A DNA stretch of 63,945 bases, filler included. It is 4 parts of 4 records of this genome, joined end to end, with 100 filler letters (N's around TTAATTAATTAA, not from the genome) between each part and the next. Parts side by side here need not be neighbours in the genome. Positions count along the whole stretch, not along the records: positions 36,803 to 51,985 come from SRR20825019_1686; positions 52,086 to 63,945 come from SRR20825019_1690; 2 more parts are not named here. One strand, 5' to 3'. Below the pieces are notes generated by a model. The model was not told where the DNA came from. It ran no database searches and saw only the letters and a list, made by a program, of their open reading frames with translations. The position numbers and the translations under genes are program-made. Shown here piece by piece: positions 42,750 through 55,101 of the stretch; position 1 is the stretch's first letter, and every line of letters begins with the position of its first letter.

Positions 42750-43650
42750 CTAGATGACATTGACATTGATGGTTTGCCCTGGAGGCTGCTGTGGTGCCGC
42801 TCCTCCTTGTTCTACATTGAAGTCTTGATAAGCCTTCCCCTTGACTCCCGCATGGTAAATGCACACTATGCCAAAATAAATGGATAGAGCAACAATGATC
42901 AAATCGAACAAATATATAACTACATCAGTAAATGTTAGCCACACTTTCTTTTCACTTCATTACCTCACCATACTCACCCAGACCAACACCGGAGCTTATA
43001 ATCGCAGTAAGCAGCGCAATCAAAACCAACCCCCAGTAAAGAGTAATCGCGATGATTGCAATAGCAAAGTAAATAGACTTGATGGTCTTTGCAGCCGGGT
43101 GACCCAGCTTAATGTTGTAAGCCAATATCCCACAGCCCAAAAAAGGCACTAAGAAGGCTCCAACAATCTGAAAGATTGCCGCGATAATCCACGGACCAGG
43201 CTCTGCGTACGACTTCACTTAGGGTGAACTAAATATCAAAATAGGGTATGACGTACTCTCAACGGGTGCCATAGGCAGTCCCAACATAAAGATCCTCTCC
43301 CAGTTCACGGACTCCTGCTAGGCCCAATGTTAATATCGACTCTGCCCAAGCCCAAACCAGTATCTCATACATTGGATGCATTCTGCACGTATACCATTTG
43401 CGGATCCCCCCCTACAACACCCGGAGGAGAATTCGGCCCCATGGTAGCTGCACCCGTCAAGATGTAAGTCAGAGTCCACCGTCCACCACAGAAACCTCGT
43501 ACCCGCATGAGGCACCGATGAACTGTATCCTTGCGACGTCACGGGAACTGACCCAGGCGGGTACTGGGTTAACTGGGGGTTGGCGGCAGTAGCGCTGCTA
43601 AAGGCAAACTTCTGGCTTCCCTGCTGTGGAGCCTGGTTTCCCGCTGCCAT
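42750..43650 (-). CDS. Multi-exon membrane protein of unknown family
   Basis: Hydrophobic ORF pieces 42750-42944 and 42952-43218 plus a P/Q-rich N-terminus from ATG 43650, separated by short GT-AG introns; exact junctions uncertain. Confidence 0.6.
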
Positions 43651-44389
43651 AGCTAGTGTGATCTTAACCCTTGGAGAGAACTGGAGACTTATAAGCACTG
43701 CCAGTATTACGGCCCTCCAACTCAGTGGGGACCAGTCCTAGCCGAGCTAGGAGACGACATGTTTGCTGGTCTCTGGGAGTGGTTGTCGGGTAGGTGCGGC
43801 ACTTACGACTTCAGGCTGGCCGGGTCCACAATGTCACCATCACCGTAAGTTATTAGTGGACTCAAACTGACACCACAGTATGTGCTGTATCATTATCACT
43901 CAGCTGAGGGCCGGCCCGGCACTCGTCAGGCAACACTGAAGAAGGACCGGCGCGTGGCAACGCCTGCGTTTCATTGCCGCGTTGAACCCTGAAGCGCGTG
44001 ATCGTGGGTCCCGTGAACTGGTGACCCTAACAAGAGTGCCGGCCGAAAGGCACTCAACTCACCGTAATCCGAGGCACTTGGTAGCCGGGGATCAACTGAT
44101 CTCCGGTGGCGCTCACTGCAACTCCAGTCACAAATAGGTTCCCAAAATAGTTCATTCAAGTATACATTTATTGAGATCTTTATATTTAAATGATGCTTGT
44201 GTGTGCAATTCAGAAACAAGGCTCCTAACGGGATTCCAGTTAGCAAGGGCTGCTCGCCCCGGCGGGGCTGGACCCGTAAGCGAGTGCCGCACCGGCCCGC
44301 GGCCCCGGCACCGGCTGCGGCCCCGCACCGGGCCGCCTCCCGGTCCGGCTCGGCTCGGCCCGGCCGGCCCCGGCCGGGCCTGGGCCGCC

Positions 44390-47348
44390 ATGGCACGGCC
44401 ACCGATGGACTGGGCCAGCCCTGACTACCGGGAGTGGTATCGTGCGCAGGGAAAAGTCAAGTTTGAGCGTACACACTCTTATCTATTTGGGATAACTTAA
44501 GCAAGAGGGAGCAAATTTTTCGAAGAAACCACAGAACTCACTGATGACGGAGTCAACTCCTTCAAACTCTGGCCATGATGGCTCAGGCAGCGAAGAACCT
44601 CAAGTTGACCCGGATGCGGCACCTTATGAAGAAGCCCAGAAAACCAACGCGCTATACATCTCGAATCGAGACGGCACGGTAGAGGCTCCTAGGACTAGTT
44701 GGCCGAAATGATAAGTTCTGACATACGTTGTGTCTTTGTAGGTTATTGACCAAGCGATCGTCAGTCTTCTTCCGAATCTAACGCTTCTGGACGCAACTAA
44801 TAACTTCATTGTATTAGTCAGTGAGAGTGTCACAAGACTGACCAGGCTTGAGGTATACAGTTGTTGTGGTTTCTCTGGATCTGCTTTAACCCCGAGGTTA
44901 GAGTCTTTTCCTGAAAAACAACTCGTTGAAGACAAATAATGCACCAGGGGTTGCTGCTGTTGAAAATATTTTCTCGATAGAGAGTCTAACCGTATGGATA
45001 TGAAAAGCGCACTAATGCCAGGTGCTAACTTGTCGTTAATCAGGAGCTTGACCTATCCTTCAATGACATTGGAACGTTACCTACAGCCGTATCAACTACC
45101 AGGCTGGTGAAGTTGAATATGGGAAACAATGATCTGAGACTGTGCAAGCTGCCTGCTTTCTCAAATTTGAATACTCTGTACCTTCACAACAATCGCAATG
45201 TAAGGCAGCTCCGGAATATCGAAATGAGTGCTCATCCTTGATTCAGCTTGGGTCTGCTGCTCTTGGCGTTTGTGTTCACACGAACTTGACGGACCTGGAC
45301 CTATCGAATTGTGGAATCAGTGCGTCGGCAATGCAATGACACAGCCGCTGGCTAATGTTTCCACCCTTTCAGAATCGCTGCCGACTGAGGTCAAGTCTCT
45401 GGGAAAACTGAAGAAGCTTAATTTGAGCAACAACGACCTCATGGAGTTTCCAGATTCCTTGCTTCACTTCAAAAAGGTATGTGTCGCATTCTGTATGGAG
45501 GTAATGGCTTACTGGGGTACAGTTGATAACTCTCTCCTTGGCCCGCAATGACATTCTCAGCATTCCGGCGGATATTACGAAATTGAATAGTTTGGAGCAT
45601 TTGGGTGGGAGACTCTGGGCACCGACTAACTCGGCAGCATCTAACGGAAGCCTATCAGATATTAGAGGAAATATGCTGACCAAACTGCCGCGTGAAATCA
45701 ACAATATGGGAGCATTGAAAGTTTTACATGCACAAAACAATGAAATCACGGCCCTACCGCTGGTAAGATACTTGCTCACTTTTTCATGTTGATGGTCGGT
45801 TGACCTTGCCATAGATGAAGGATATGACATCTCTGGAAGAGATAGATGTATCCTTCAACAGCATTGACACATTGGACACAGTAGTGATGGAGTATGTATA
45901 GGATAAGGTTGATGCAGCAACGGCTCACACTTCCTTCTAGTTTAAGAGGGACTTGCAGACGCATCAATCTCTCTGCAAACGAGGTTGGCATCGTACCCGT
46001 TGATCTTAAGAAAGAGGTATTCTCTCGGACGGCGATGTGGTCCTTAGTAGCAGGCGGGCTATCCAAGGTCAAGGAATGGATCATTGGTGAAGCTGAGGAG
46101 CAACTAGGGAATGAGGAGCCAACGGAATACTATCGTGGCGCGAGGGAAGAGTTTGATGACACTGCCAGTGAGAGCACTGACGGCGATACCCCTCGAACTG
46201 AGAAATCGATGAGCCAAGTGATGGTTCGGCGGAGCAGTATTGCAAGCGTGGAACTCTGCGATATGGTGTTGGAATGGTGAGGGATCCCTGCGTGCATGTT
46301 GGGCAGGACCCTGATGTAGTTCAGGCTGTCGGTGGACTCCAACGATATTGCTTATGTTCCCCGAAGGATATTCGATGTTTTCAGTTTGACGTTCTTGTCG
46401 TTGAGAGGTAGCATTAGGGTCAATATGAATGTAATGGCGGAGCGCTCATTTTCATTGTAGATAACAAGATGAGGACTCTTCCTGCCGATATTGAGAAATT
46501 GTCGAATCTAGAGGTCCTCAACCTCCAGAATAATCTCTTGACTGATCTTCCACCAGAAATTGGTAGGTTCAACCATGCCGAATGCCCACTGACAGCTTAC
46601 GTTTCTTCTCTAGGAAGACTGAAGCAGCTTCGAGTACTATCACTTTCGCACAACAAGTTTATTGAGTTCCCACGGTCTATTTGGGGGGCAACATCGATCC
46701 AAATCCTTTCTGCGGACAATAATGAGTTGCAGGGGAGAATTCCCCGAGGACTTTACTACATGTATTTCTGTGAAACCTTGTATTGTGCTCCTTTTCTGAA
46801 GAAGATTACAGGCGGGAGCTTCGTTATCTGAACTTAAGTCGGAATCACATCAACGGGCTTCCAAAAGAATTTTCGTCTCTGAAGAACCTGGCTGAGGTCA
46901 ACATGTCCCACAATAATTTGGTTAGGCTTCCTGAAGAAGTTGGAAAATTGCCACGCCTAGTTCGATTGAACCTCAGGAGCAATTTGCTAAAGCGGCTTCC
47001 TGTACGGTTGGCCGAATGCAAGGTAAAGGCATCCCGTCAGCAATATTCATGCATCCAGTCTCACCCGACGTAGAATCTGATCCATCTTGACGTATCATAC
47101 AACGAGCTTCAGGCTTTCGATGGGAACATATACCAAATGCCTCATCTAGTCCAGGTGGGATGATCCGTGAGTGTGCACGCTCTGTGTGGCTGATTCCTTC
47201 CCCTCAGTTGTATCTGCACCCGAACCCTTTCTCGCTGCACGAAGATGATGGCGACATATTAGATGGCGAGGCCATGAAGGAATGGAAGGAACGCCAGATA
47301 GAGAAGCGAAGGAGCCAGCGGAGGCGTAGCTCGGAATCTGTGCATTGA
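44390..47348 (+). CDS. Leucine-rich repeat protein, many short introns
   Basis: GCCGCCATGG Kozak start; successive exons with LxxLxLxxNxLxxLP units separated by ~45-60 nt GT-AG introns. Confidence 0.8.
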
Positions 47349-47393
47349 GCACGGTATGTCTACACTTCAATGTCGGTTGCGCATTTCACCTGG

Positions 47394-48818
47394 CTATTCC
47401 GCCGCACCAAATTCGTTGTATAATGCGATTATCTGGTGACAAACAACTCAGTGCCATATACTGTGAGAGAGAATCATGGTTACCTGAGGTTGGTTCTCAT
47501 CCTCGGCGAGGTTAATCGGAGTCTCGTCCTGGTAGTCCGCTATGGTCAGGTCCCCTCCATTCTCGAGTAGGACCTTCGCATTGTCCACCATTCCAAACAT
47601 AGCCGCCGTATGAAGCGGCGTTCGTCCCCGCTGAGATATTTCCATTTGAGTAAACCCTTTTCATTCAGCCCCAAGATTGACTACTTACGATATCCTGCGC
47701 ATTCACTCTTGCACCAATGGATATAAGCAAACTCAAAATCTGTTTGTCTCGAAACCGTGTGGCCCGGTGCAATGCCGTGGAGCGATGTCTGTCTGATTGG
47801 TGGACTTGCTTAGGGTATGCCTTCGCAATGTGCTCAATGACATCCTGCCCTGCCCAGCGAACAGCGATAAGGAATGGTGACGCTCCACTTGATTCATCAA
47901 CCACTCTTCCATCGGCGCCAGCTTCCAATAGCGCCTTCACCGTCTCAATATCATCATTCTCAATGGCGGTATGCAGTGGCGTCCGCCCGTCCGATGACTT
48001 CACGTTCAGGTTGGCTCCAGCTCCAGCGAGCTTCGCTATAGTAGAATGGTCACCTTCTCTGGATAATTCATGGAGCACCGTCCTGCCCTTGAAAGACCTT
48101 TCTGAGGTCACCGCCTTGATTTTGGCGGGGCTGGCACAGCTCAGATCCATGTCTCGAACGTACTGGCGGGCCTCTTCGTAAGCATTCTCTTCTATCGCTT
48201 CTCTTGGCTCGTTTTTCTGAACGTGATCAGGGCAGTGAGCGCACTACATGCATGCCATATTGTATTCACTTACATTCACAACAGTAGGCTCTGTGGAGCG
48301 GCTGCTGTTGAGCCGGCTCGAGTCAGGCGGCTCCAAGTGAGGGGGGCTGCCCTGGATACTCCGGTGAGGGGTGTCGTGACTCAGGTTGTAGTAACTCGAG
48401 GATGGAGAGAGCGTGCTCATCGAGGCGACGGATGGGTCGCCCACAACACCACTCCTGAGAGGTGTGAGTGTTCTCCGTTTCCTTCAGGCCCTCAGCTTAC
48501 CTGGCTCTTATTATGGCGTGCGCACGGTCGACTCCCTTGAGGTAGTCGTCGGGGTGCTCCCGCGTGACTGCCTCATCCCCGTGCTGGGCCTCCGGGCCAT
48601 CAGACCTCGATACAAACCCATCCTCCGGCCCAAGAGTGACTTCGCAGCCATATATCACCGTCTGGGTCCCAACCTGTATGTAGGAGGTCACTACTCAACT
48701 CCGTTAGGTGGCACGCTAAGGCTGTCCCTACGCTGTTCTCGTATACCGCGCCTCCGCCCCCGCCGCGCCGTGGGGATAGGCACGCTGTGCCACCAAACTG
48801 CTGGAATATCTTTTTCAT
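47394..48818 (-). CDS. Ankyrin-repeat protein, multi-exon
   Basis: GRTVLH, GRTPLHTA, GASPFLIA, STALHRA, GRTPLHTAA; last exon IIALYNEFGAAE* ends at 47394; 5' end tentative. Confidence 0.78.
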
Positions 48819-49705
48819 GGCTTTGTGTATCCGTATGACGCAACAAGCCCGTAAAAGTACACCTCCTACTGGTAGGTCAATCAGAGAAGCTCCGGGAAGT
48901 TAGGGCTGGTGGATGGTAATTTGAAGGCACTGTGACTCGCGCCGCGGCTGTTAGGCTCCACCTGGCCCGAGGTGCCGCGGAACGCGGGGAGGCGGCGGCG
49001 GCCAGCCTGACCCGGCCCGAGCCCGCGGGCGCGTGTCCGCCGCGTTGCGGGGCAGTGCAGGGGGCCCACGGCGCCGGCTCGACCCGCGTCGCCCAGCGCG
49101 GCCAAGCGCCCCCGCCCACTGACCCCGGCAGGCCGCCCGCAACTGGCTCGACCGGCCGGTCGCTGGGGCCGGGGCTTGAGCGGCCCGCCGCTGTGGGGAC
49201 TTTCGAGGGTGATCTCGGATCCCCGAGATATTGATCTCCCTGCGTGGTCTGGTCCGTCCGCCCGGCCGTGTCGCCCAGGGCGCGCCCGCCCGGTGCGCCG
49301 CGCGGCTGCCTGGCCGCGGCGGTGTCATTGATGCGCCACCGCCCCCCTTGGGCCAGCGAGGCCAACCTTCGGCCAGGCTGCGGGCCCCGCGGCCCCGGCA
49401 GCCCGCGCCAGGCCCGCCGGCCGGTGCCGGGCCGGGACAGCATGTGGCCATGCTCGGACCATCATCGGATGGCAGTCCCGAGCTGGTTGCCGCTGGCCCG
49501 CGCAACCTGGCCCGTCCGGCCGCGCTGGCGATGAGTGGCGGCCTCGAGGCTGACAGAGCGCTGACATGCCGTATGTGAAGTCATTTGCCCAATGACACCT
49601 TGTCTCGACGCGGGTGTTGGACCAAGCCCATGCTTCCTGGGATATAAGAGGGCGGAGGGGTCCTGTTACTAAAAACTCAGGTCACCTAGGCGTGGCACCA
49701 GCGCT

Positions 49706-51985
49706 ATGCCGCCCAAATACAGTACGCCACCCGAGAGCCCCAAGTCGACTGCAGCCCGTCTCATGGCTGCAGCGCGGGCAACACTATCAGAGCGGACGCA
49801 GGACGACTCCCTGAAGCGTAAGGGGTTGGTGTGGTGTATATAGTTTGCTGACTAGGCTGCCAGGTCAAGTGGGTGGCCGCCGTACTGCGTCCACAACATC
49901 ATTGAGTGGCAGTGAAGAGTACAAAAGGGTTGAGAACTGCCGCCGGAAAAAAATCACAGAGTTGGATCTCGGCAAGCTTGGGTTGGAGGATACGCCCGAT
50001 GGAACGTTTGAATTGCAACATCTTGTCAAACTGAATATGTGTAACAACAAGCTTAACTCAGAGGCTGTAGTGGGCATTAGCGGGTTGAAGAACTTGGTGA
50101 AGCTCGACCTTCATGGAAACATGCTCACGTCCTTTCCGGACCTAGGGGAAATGTCCAGCCTCACCACCCTCTTCCTAGATCGGAATAAGATAGAGTACAT
50201 TCCGACGGACAGCGTCCTAAAGTTGAAAAAGTTGACCACGCTGAACGTGAGCATGAACAAGTTGAAGATGCTTCCCGGTGCCCTGGCATATCTGTCCTGT
50301 CTGGCCGGACTGAATATTTCTCACAACCAGCTGAGGACGATTCCGCCTTTCCTCGGGGTCATTTCTACTCTGAGAATGCTTGAGGTCAAGGGAAACCAGG
50401 CAGAGAACTTGAGTGAGGCAACACTGGCCGCTGGGAGCGCCGCTGTTCTCTCTCAGCTCCGAAAAATGTTCTTGCAGGTTCATTTGATTGACTCCGACGA
50501 ACAGATTTATGGCGACGTGAATGACAGTTTAGCAGTCGAGGTCGAGGCTCTCAGGAAGTCATTAGTACAAGTGAAAGATGAGCTTGAGAAGGTCGAGTTC
50601 AGGAAGGAGGAGGTGGAGGCACAATTGGCCGAGCGAGAAGATGAACTACGGGCTGCGAGAGACGAAATTGAATCTCTAAAGTTATCAAAGCCGGTGCAAG
50701 AGCCGCCGTCAGTCGAGGACAATGAAGCCCTAACCAGACGTGTGTCGTTGTTGGAGAGCCAGCTCGCGACCAAGACTGCGGATAATGCCCGGCTCGCAGC
50801 TGGTGGAGACTTGGATACGTCAACAGACTCAGGTGGCAAGAAGGAGAAAAAGATTTCAAATCTGAAGGCGCAGCTCACGGAGGCCGCTGATCTCATTGAT
50901 CAACTGAACGTTGCCATTGAAACGGAGAACCGCAAGTTCCACGAGGCCGATAACAAACGCATTGAGGCTGAAAAGGAGGCAATCATGCTACGGAAGAGAG
51001 TTGATGACGCGATGAATAGACCCGGGGCCGCTGGGTCAACTATAGAGAGCGAGCTGATGGAAGAAAACAAGGAATTGACCAACAAGGTAAAACAGCTGGA
51101 AGATGAGATTGAAGGTCTGATGGCCCAGATGCTTTCTGAGGAGGAGCAGCTTGAGACCCTCTCACAAGAGCTTGGTCATGAACGCAATCGTTCGCTCACT
51201 TTGACAAGTGAAATGACACGACTGGAGGAACAGCAAACCGTACTCAAGGCAGAACACCGCAAGAAATTGAACGAGGTGCAGTCCCAACTCATGCAGACTG
51301 GCCAATTGGTATCAGAGATGTCGTCGGCTATGAAGGTGACGGCGGACAAACTGGCCTCCAAAAGCAAGGAAAACATTGAGTTGAAAAAATCTGTCAAGAA
51401 GCTCAAGGCTGATATCAACGAAAGAGGTGGCACTGTAGATGAGAGCGTGTCCTCGCCTGTGCTGTCGTCTGCTGGAGACGACAGGCACCTAGCCATAGAG
51501 GATCTTGAAAAGCAGAACTTGGAGCTCCGCTCAAAGATTGCTGAGCATGCAATGCGAAATTCTGAGCTACTCAGTGAAACAGAGGGTCTGGAAGAGAAGC
51601 TTCAGCTCTCGGAATCCCGTGCGAGGAAATTGGAGGCGGATCTTGAAATTGCCCTAGAGCAGTCGCAAGCAAGAGTAGAACCAGTAGTGGATACATCCGC
51701 TGGAGTTAGTGACAAGAAGGAGAATATCCAGAAGGAACTAGATGCAGCTCGTGTAAAGCTGATCGAGTCAAACGAGCGAATCTTGCACCTGGAAAAAGAT
51801 GCATATGCCCAGAAAGATGAAAGCAACAAACTTGAGGATGCCCTCCGGGCGTTAGTAGGCGAACACAAGGACCTTCAAGAAAAGTATGACAGCGTTTGTA
51901 ATAAGATAGAAACAACAAACAAAGATGGAAATGAATCTGCACACGGGGAAATAAATCGCCTTGAGGAGGAGCTGGCGAAGGTGCG
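49706..51985 (+). CDS. LRR + long coiled-coil protein (3' truncated)
   Basis: Exon 1 MPPKYSTPPESPK.., 46-nt intron 49818-49863, about 7 LRRs, then E/K/L-rich heptads. Confidence 0.8.
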
Positions 51986-52085
51986 NNNNNNNNNNNNNNN
52001 NNNNNNNNNNNNNNNNNNNNNNNNNNNNNTTAATTAATTAANNNNNNNNNNNNNNNNNNNNNNNNNNNNNNNNNNNNNNNNNNNN
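51986..52085. other. Artificial contig linker
   Basis: 44 N + TTAATTAATTAA + 44 N. Confidence 0.99.
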
Positions 52086-52121
52086 CCGAGGCGAAGGATT
52101 GCAGCAGTCATGTCCGAGCGT

Positions 52122-52342
52122 GGAACCACCGGTCACCGGCGACCGTGGCTTCAAGAACCGAGGGGAACTATGGGCTGGTCTGCTGGCGGTCACATGCGGG
52201 GCGCGGTCATGCCATGGCCTTGGCCCGGGGGAACCACAGTGATTTTGGTGGAGGGGAACTATCGCCCGCCGCCGGCGGGGGAACCAAGCTTTCGGTGGAG
52301 GGGGAACTCAGTGATCCGATCCTGATGTCCGGCAGGGGAACC
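52122..52342 (+). repeat. Cluster of GGGGAAC(C/T) motifs with an imperfect 50-bp tandem unit
   Basis: CGGGGGAACCA..GGTGGAGGGG(G)AACT at 52226-52260 and 52276-52308; further copies at 52122, 52162, 52335. Confidence 0.6.
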
Positions 52343-52801
52343 GCTGCCCACGCCGCGCGTTCAGACCCCCGAGGCGCCGAACCGGCGGGCCCCCGACTGA
52401 GGACGTGAACTGATCGGAAGGCCAACCGACGCGGCGGGATACTGATCACGCTCGGTTGCCGCCCGTTCCGTACGCCGAGGCCGACACTGCCGCGTGAAAC
52501 CCGACTGAGCTGCCAACGGCCCGGCCGGCGGGGGGCGGAGCCCCGCGGCCGGCGTGCGCGGCCGGGCCCGGCCCGGCCCGGGCTGTGCCATGCCTTAGCC
52601 GCCCCCCCGTACGTTGCACCGGCCTTGGCAGCGGCCGTCCCGGGACCGAGGGCCTCGGGGCTGGCGGCCCGGCCTGGGTGTACCGTAACTTCATAACTCG
52701 AGCCGCGCTCCGCCGGCGTGTTCAGCACAGTGTCGACACACAGATATATCTCATTGAGTTTTTTAGTTTGGACTAGTAGTACTGAAACAAGAACCACAGA
52801 G

Positions 52802-54162
52802 ATGGCAACTGCGAAAGTACTCTCAAGACTGACTGGCCCGGCCGGCGCGGCTGCTGCCCGTGCGCGCCTGGCAGAGGGTCTTCCCCTCACTGTTGCACTT
52901 CTATTGTTTGATGGCGTTGAAGTGCTCGACGCCTGCGGCCCCCTCGAGGTACGTCGGCCCACCATATGACCTAGCTAGTGTTCACCTATATCGATCTCCA
53001 CACCCTCAACGCCACTTATTCCTGAAATGCATTGAAACACTAGTGTACAATACTTCATCTGAGAGACACGTTGCTTAGGTTTTGAGCAAAACTCGCTGGT
53101 GCAACAACGCAAGCGCTCAGAGCGAGCACCCATTCATTGTTCGTACGGTGGCGACGAAGCCGACAGTGCAGATGACAGGTATAGTGGCCTTGTCCAGTTC
53201 TGGTCGTCTTAAGTAGTGCATGGTGGAAAGGGGTAGCTGATTCGTATGCGTCAAGGGCAACTGAGCGTGAATGTGGCATGGACTCTTGATGATCTCGAAC
53301 GACAAGGACACGAGGGGGTGGATGTGCTGCTGGTACCCGGAGGTGAGGGTAGCCGATGGCTTGGGTGCGGCAGGCGTTAACTAGGGGATTCGTTCAAGGT
53401 CAGGGAACCCGTACGGTCGTGAACGATCCGACAATCCAGAGGTTTCTCCGCCGGGCACTCACTGGGCAGCTGCCCTGCACAGAGAGTATGGACTGGAGGA
53501 TTTCGGTTGACTTGCGTGAGATTAGGTGCTAATGAAGGGGTTCTGCAGGCAGACTGAGTATCGTCATGTCCGTCTGCACGGGCGCCGCCTTGTTGGGCAA
53601 GGTACGTTCCACTGCGTCCGGCCAGGCCGACGCGCCCATCGCAACTGCCACTCGCACTTGCCATCGATTAACTCTGTTTACTGAGTTGATCTTCGTCTCT
53701 CGTACAGACTGGTCTCTTGGGCGGAATGAAGGCCACAACTCACCACCGTGCATTTGACTTTGTCGAGGCGAATGCAGGTTTGAGCGAGTATTGTGTGCTG
53801 CGTTTGTGCTTGCCGGCTTACGTTGGACGATCAACCGCAGGTGGCATGGAGCTTCTGAGGGGACCGCGGGCTGTGGATAACGGCAGCGTCATATTCTCAG
53901 GTGGGTGAAACCTCTATACTCAAGCATCGGTTGTGATCTCTCACTGATGCGCCTGACGAATCATCTCTAGCCGGGATCTCTGCCGGAATAGATATGAGTC
54001 TATACACGGTGGGCAAGGTATGTGTACCGCCCATCATTTGATTCCGTTTCGTATAGTGGCGACTCGCTGATCTTCATTCCTACACAGCTCCTGGGTGCGA
54101 CCGTGGCTGAGGAGACGGCCGCCGCCATGCAATATGAGTATTCGAGCATCGATGTGGCATGA
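52802..54162 (+). CDS. DJ-1/PfpI family protein, isocyanide hydratase (InhA/ICH)-like, 9 exons
   Basis: Manually spliced across 8 GT-AG introns: VALLLFDGVEVLDACGPLEVL..DVLLVPGG..MSVCTGAALL..ATTHH..VDNGSVIFSAGISAGIDMSL..MQYEY; Ala/Arg-rich N-terminus. Confidence 0.85.
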
Positions 54163-55101
54163 GATTGAAGTGGCTCACAGCCAAAGATATTCGTCCCTCG
54201 GGCACCACAGTTAATGATCTGTCCGGCCATCTGCGGGAGTTCAGAAAGCCGGGGCGAGGGCGGGCCGGCGCGGCGGCCCAGAGGGTGACGGGCCCCGGCG
54301 GTCCCAGACGGCGGAGGAGGCGGGACTGGTTTCGTTCTCACGGGAGCTAGCTCGGGCCCAGGTGCAGGGCGTAAGCATCCCTGAAAGGTCCAACTCGGAG
54401 ATGGACTCGAGGGCTAGCCACCCTCTTACCCTCACTGATGAGTGTCCGATGAGGGTGGCGTAGTACGCATCAATTTTTATGATTCTTGTTTCGGGTGCTG
54501 TGTGAACTCGTGATGGATCGGATGCATCATTTCCGATTCCCATGCCGCCGCTGCGTGACCGGACTGGCCGGAGTCCAATCAGCCGCGCGCGTAAAGGCGC
54601 GCGGTCCAACCGTTTGATTGACAGTCCGCGCCGTTCCGTTGCCGCCGACGGTTCATTCAGATGCGGCCCGGGCACGCCGGGCTGGCGCGTAACTAGTTTA
54701 CGGCAACCTGAACTTGGTGGCCCGCCTGCTGGCGGTGGTCAGGTTCCGTTCCGGCCTGCCTCACTTGAGCACGCGGAACGTCCGGCGCCCCGCCGGCCGG
54801 CGGGCCCGGGCGCCGGCCCGGGCGGACTGTGCACGCGACATTCTACTGAGCAGCCGCGCCGGCGTCCGGGGCCGCCGGCGGGGTGACGACCCTAGCGTAC
54901 TCAACGGAGGCCAGCCGCCCACGGCGCGCCCGGACTGCTTAGCAAGTCCAACATGTCATGCTTCTTCTTCCCTCCCGGCCCACGGCGCGCCATGACAAAC
55001 GGTGTGAAATATATTCCCAGTACGGACTGCAGTGACCCTAGCGCCAACTGCTCCAAAAGTTACACCCCAGGCGCTCCCCATCTCAGTCAATCAACCAATA
55101 A

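Noticed and set aside
44500-47350. Fragmented ORFs suggesting pseudogenes or a variant genetic code
   Set aside because: Frames rejoin across canonical GT-AG introns; TAA, TAG and TGA all serve as stops
48877-49578. Many overlapping R/P/G/A-rich ORFs in the GC islands
   Set aside because: Stop codons are scarce in GC-rich DNA; composition is not protein-like
54376-54460. Hammerhead-like elements (GAAA, GTCCA/TGGAC stem, CUC, GAGGG/CCCTC stem, CTGATGA)
   Set aside because: Needs a bulge in stem III and an extra A before CUGAUGA, and stem II cannot form next to the core; likely chance. An Infernal search would settle it.
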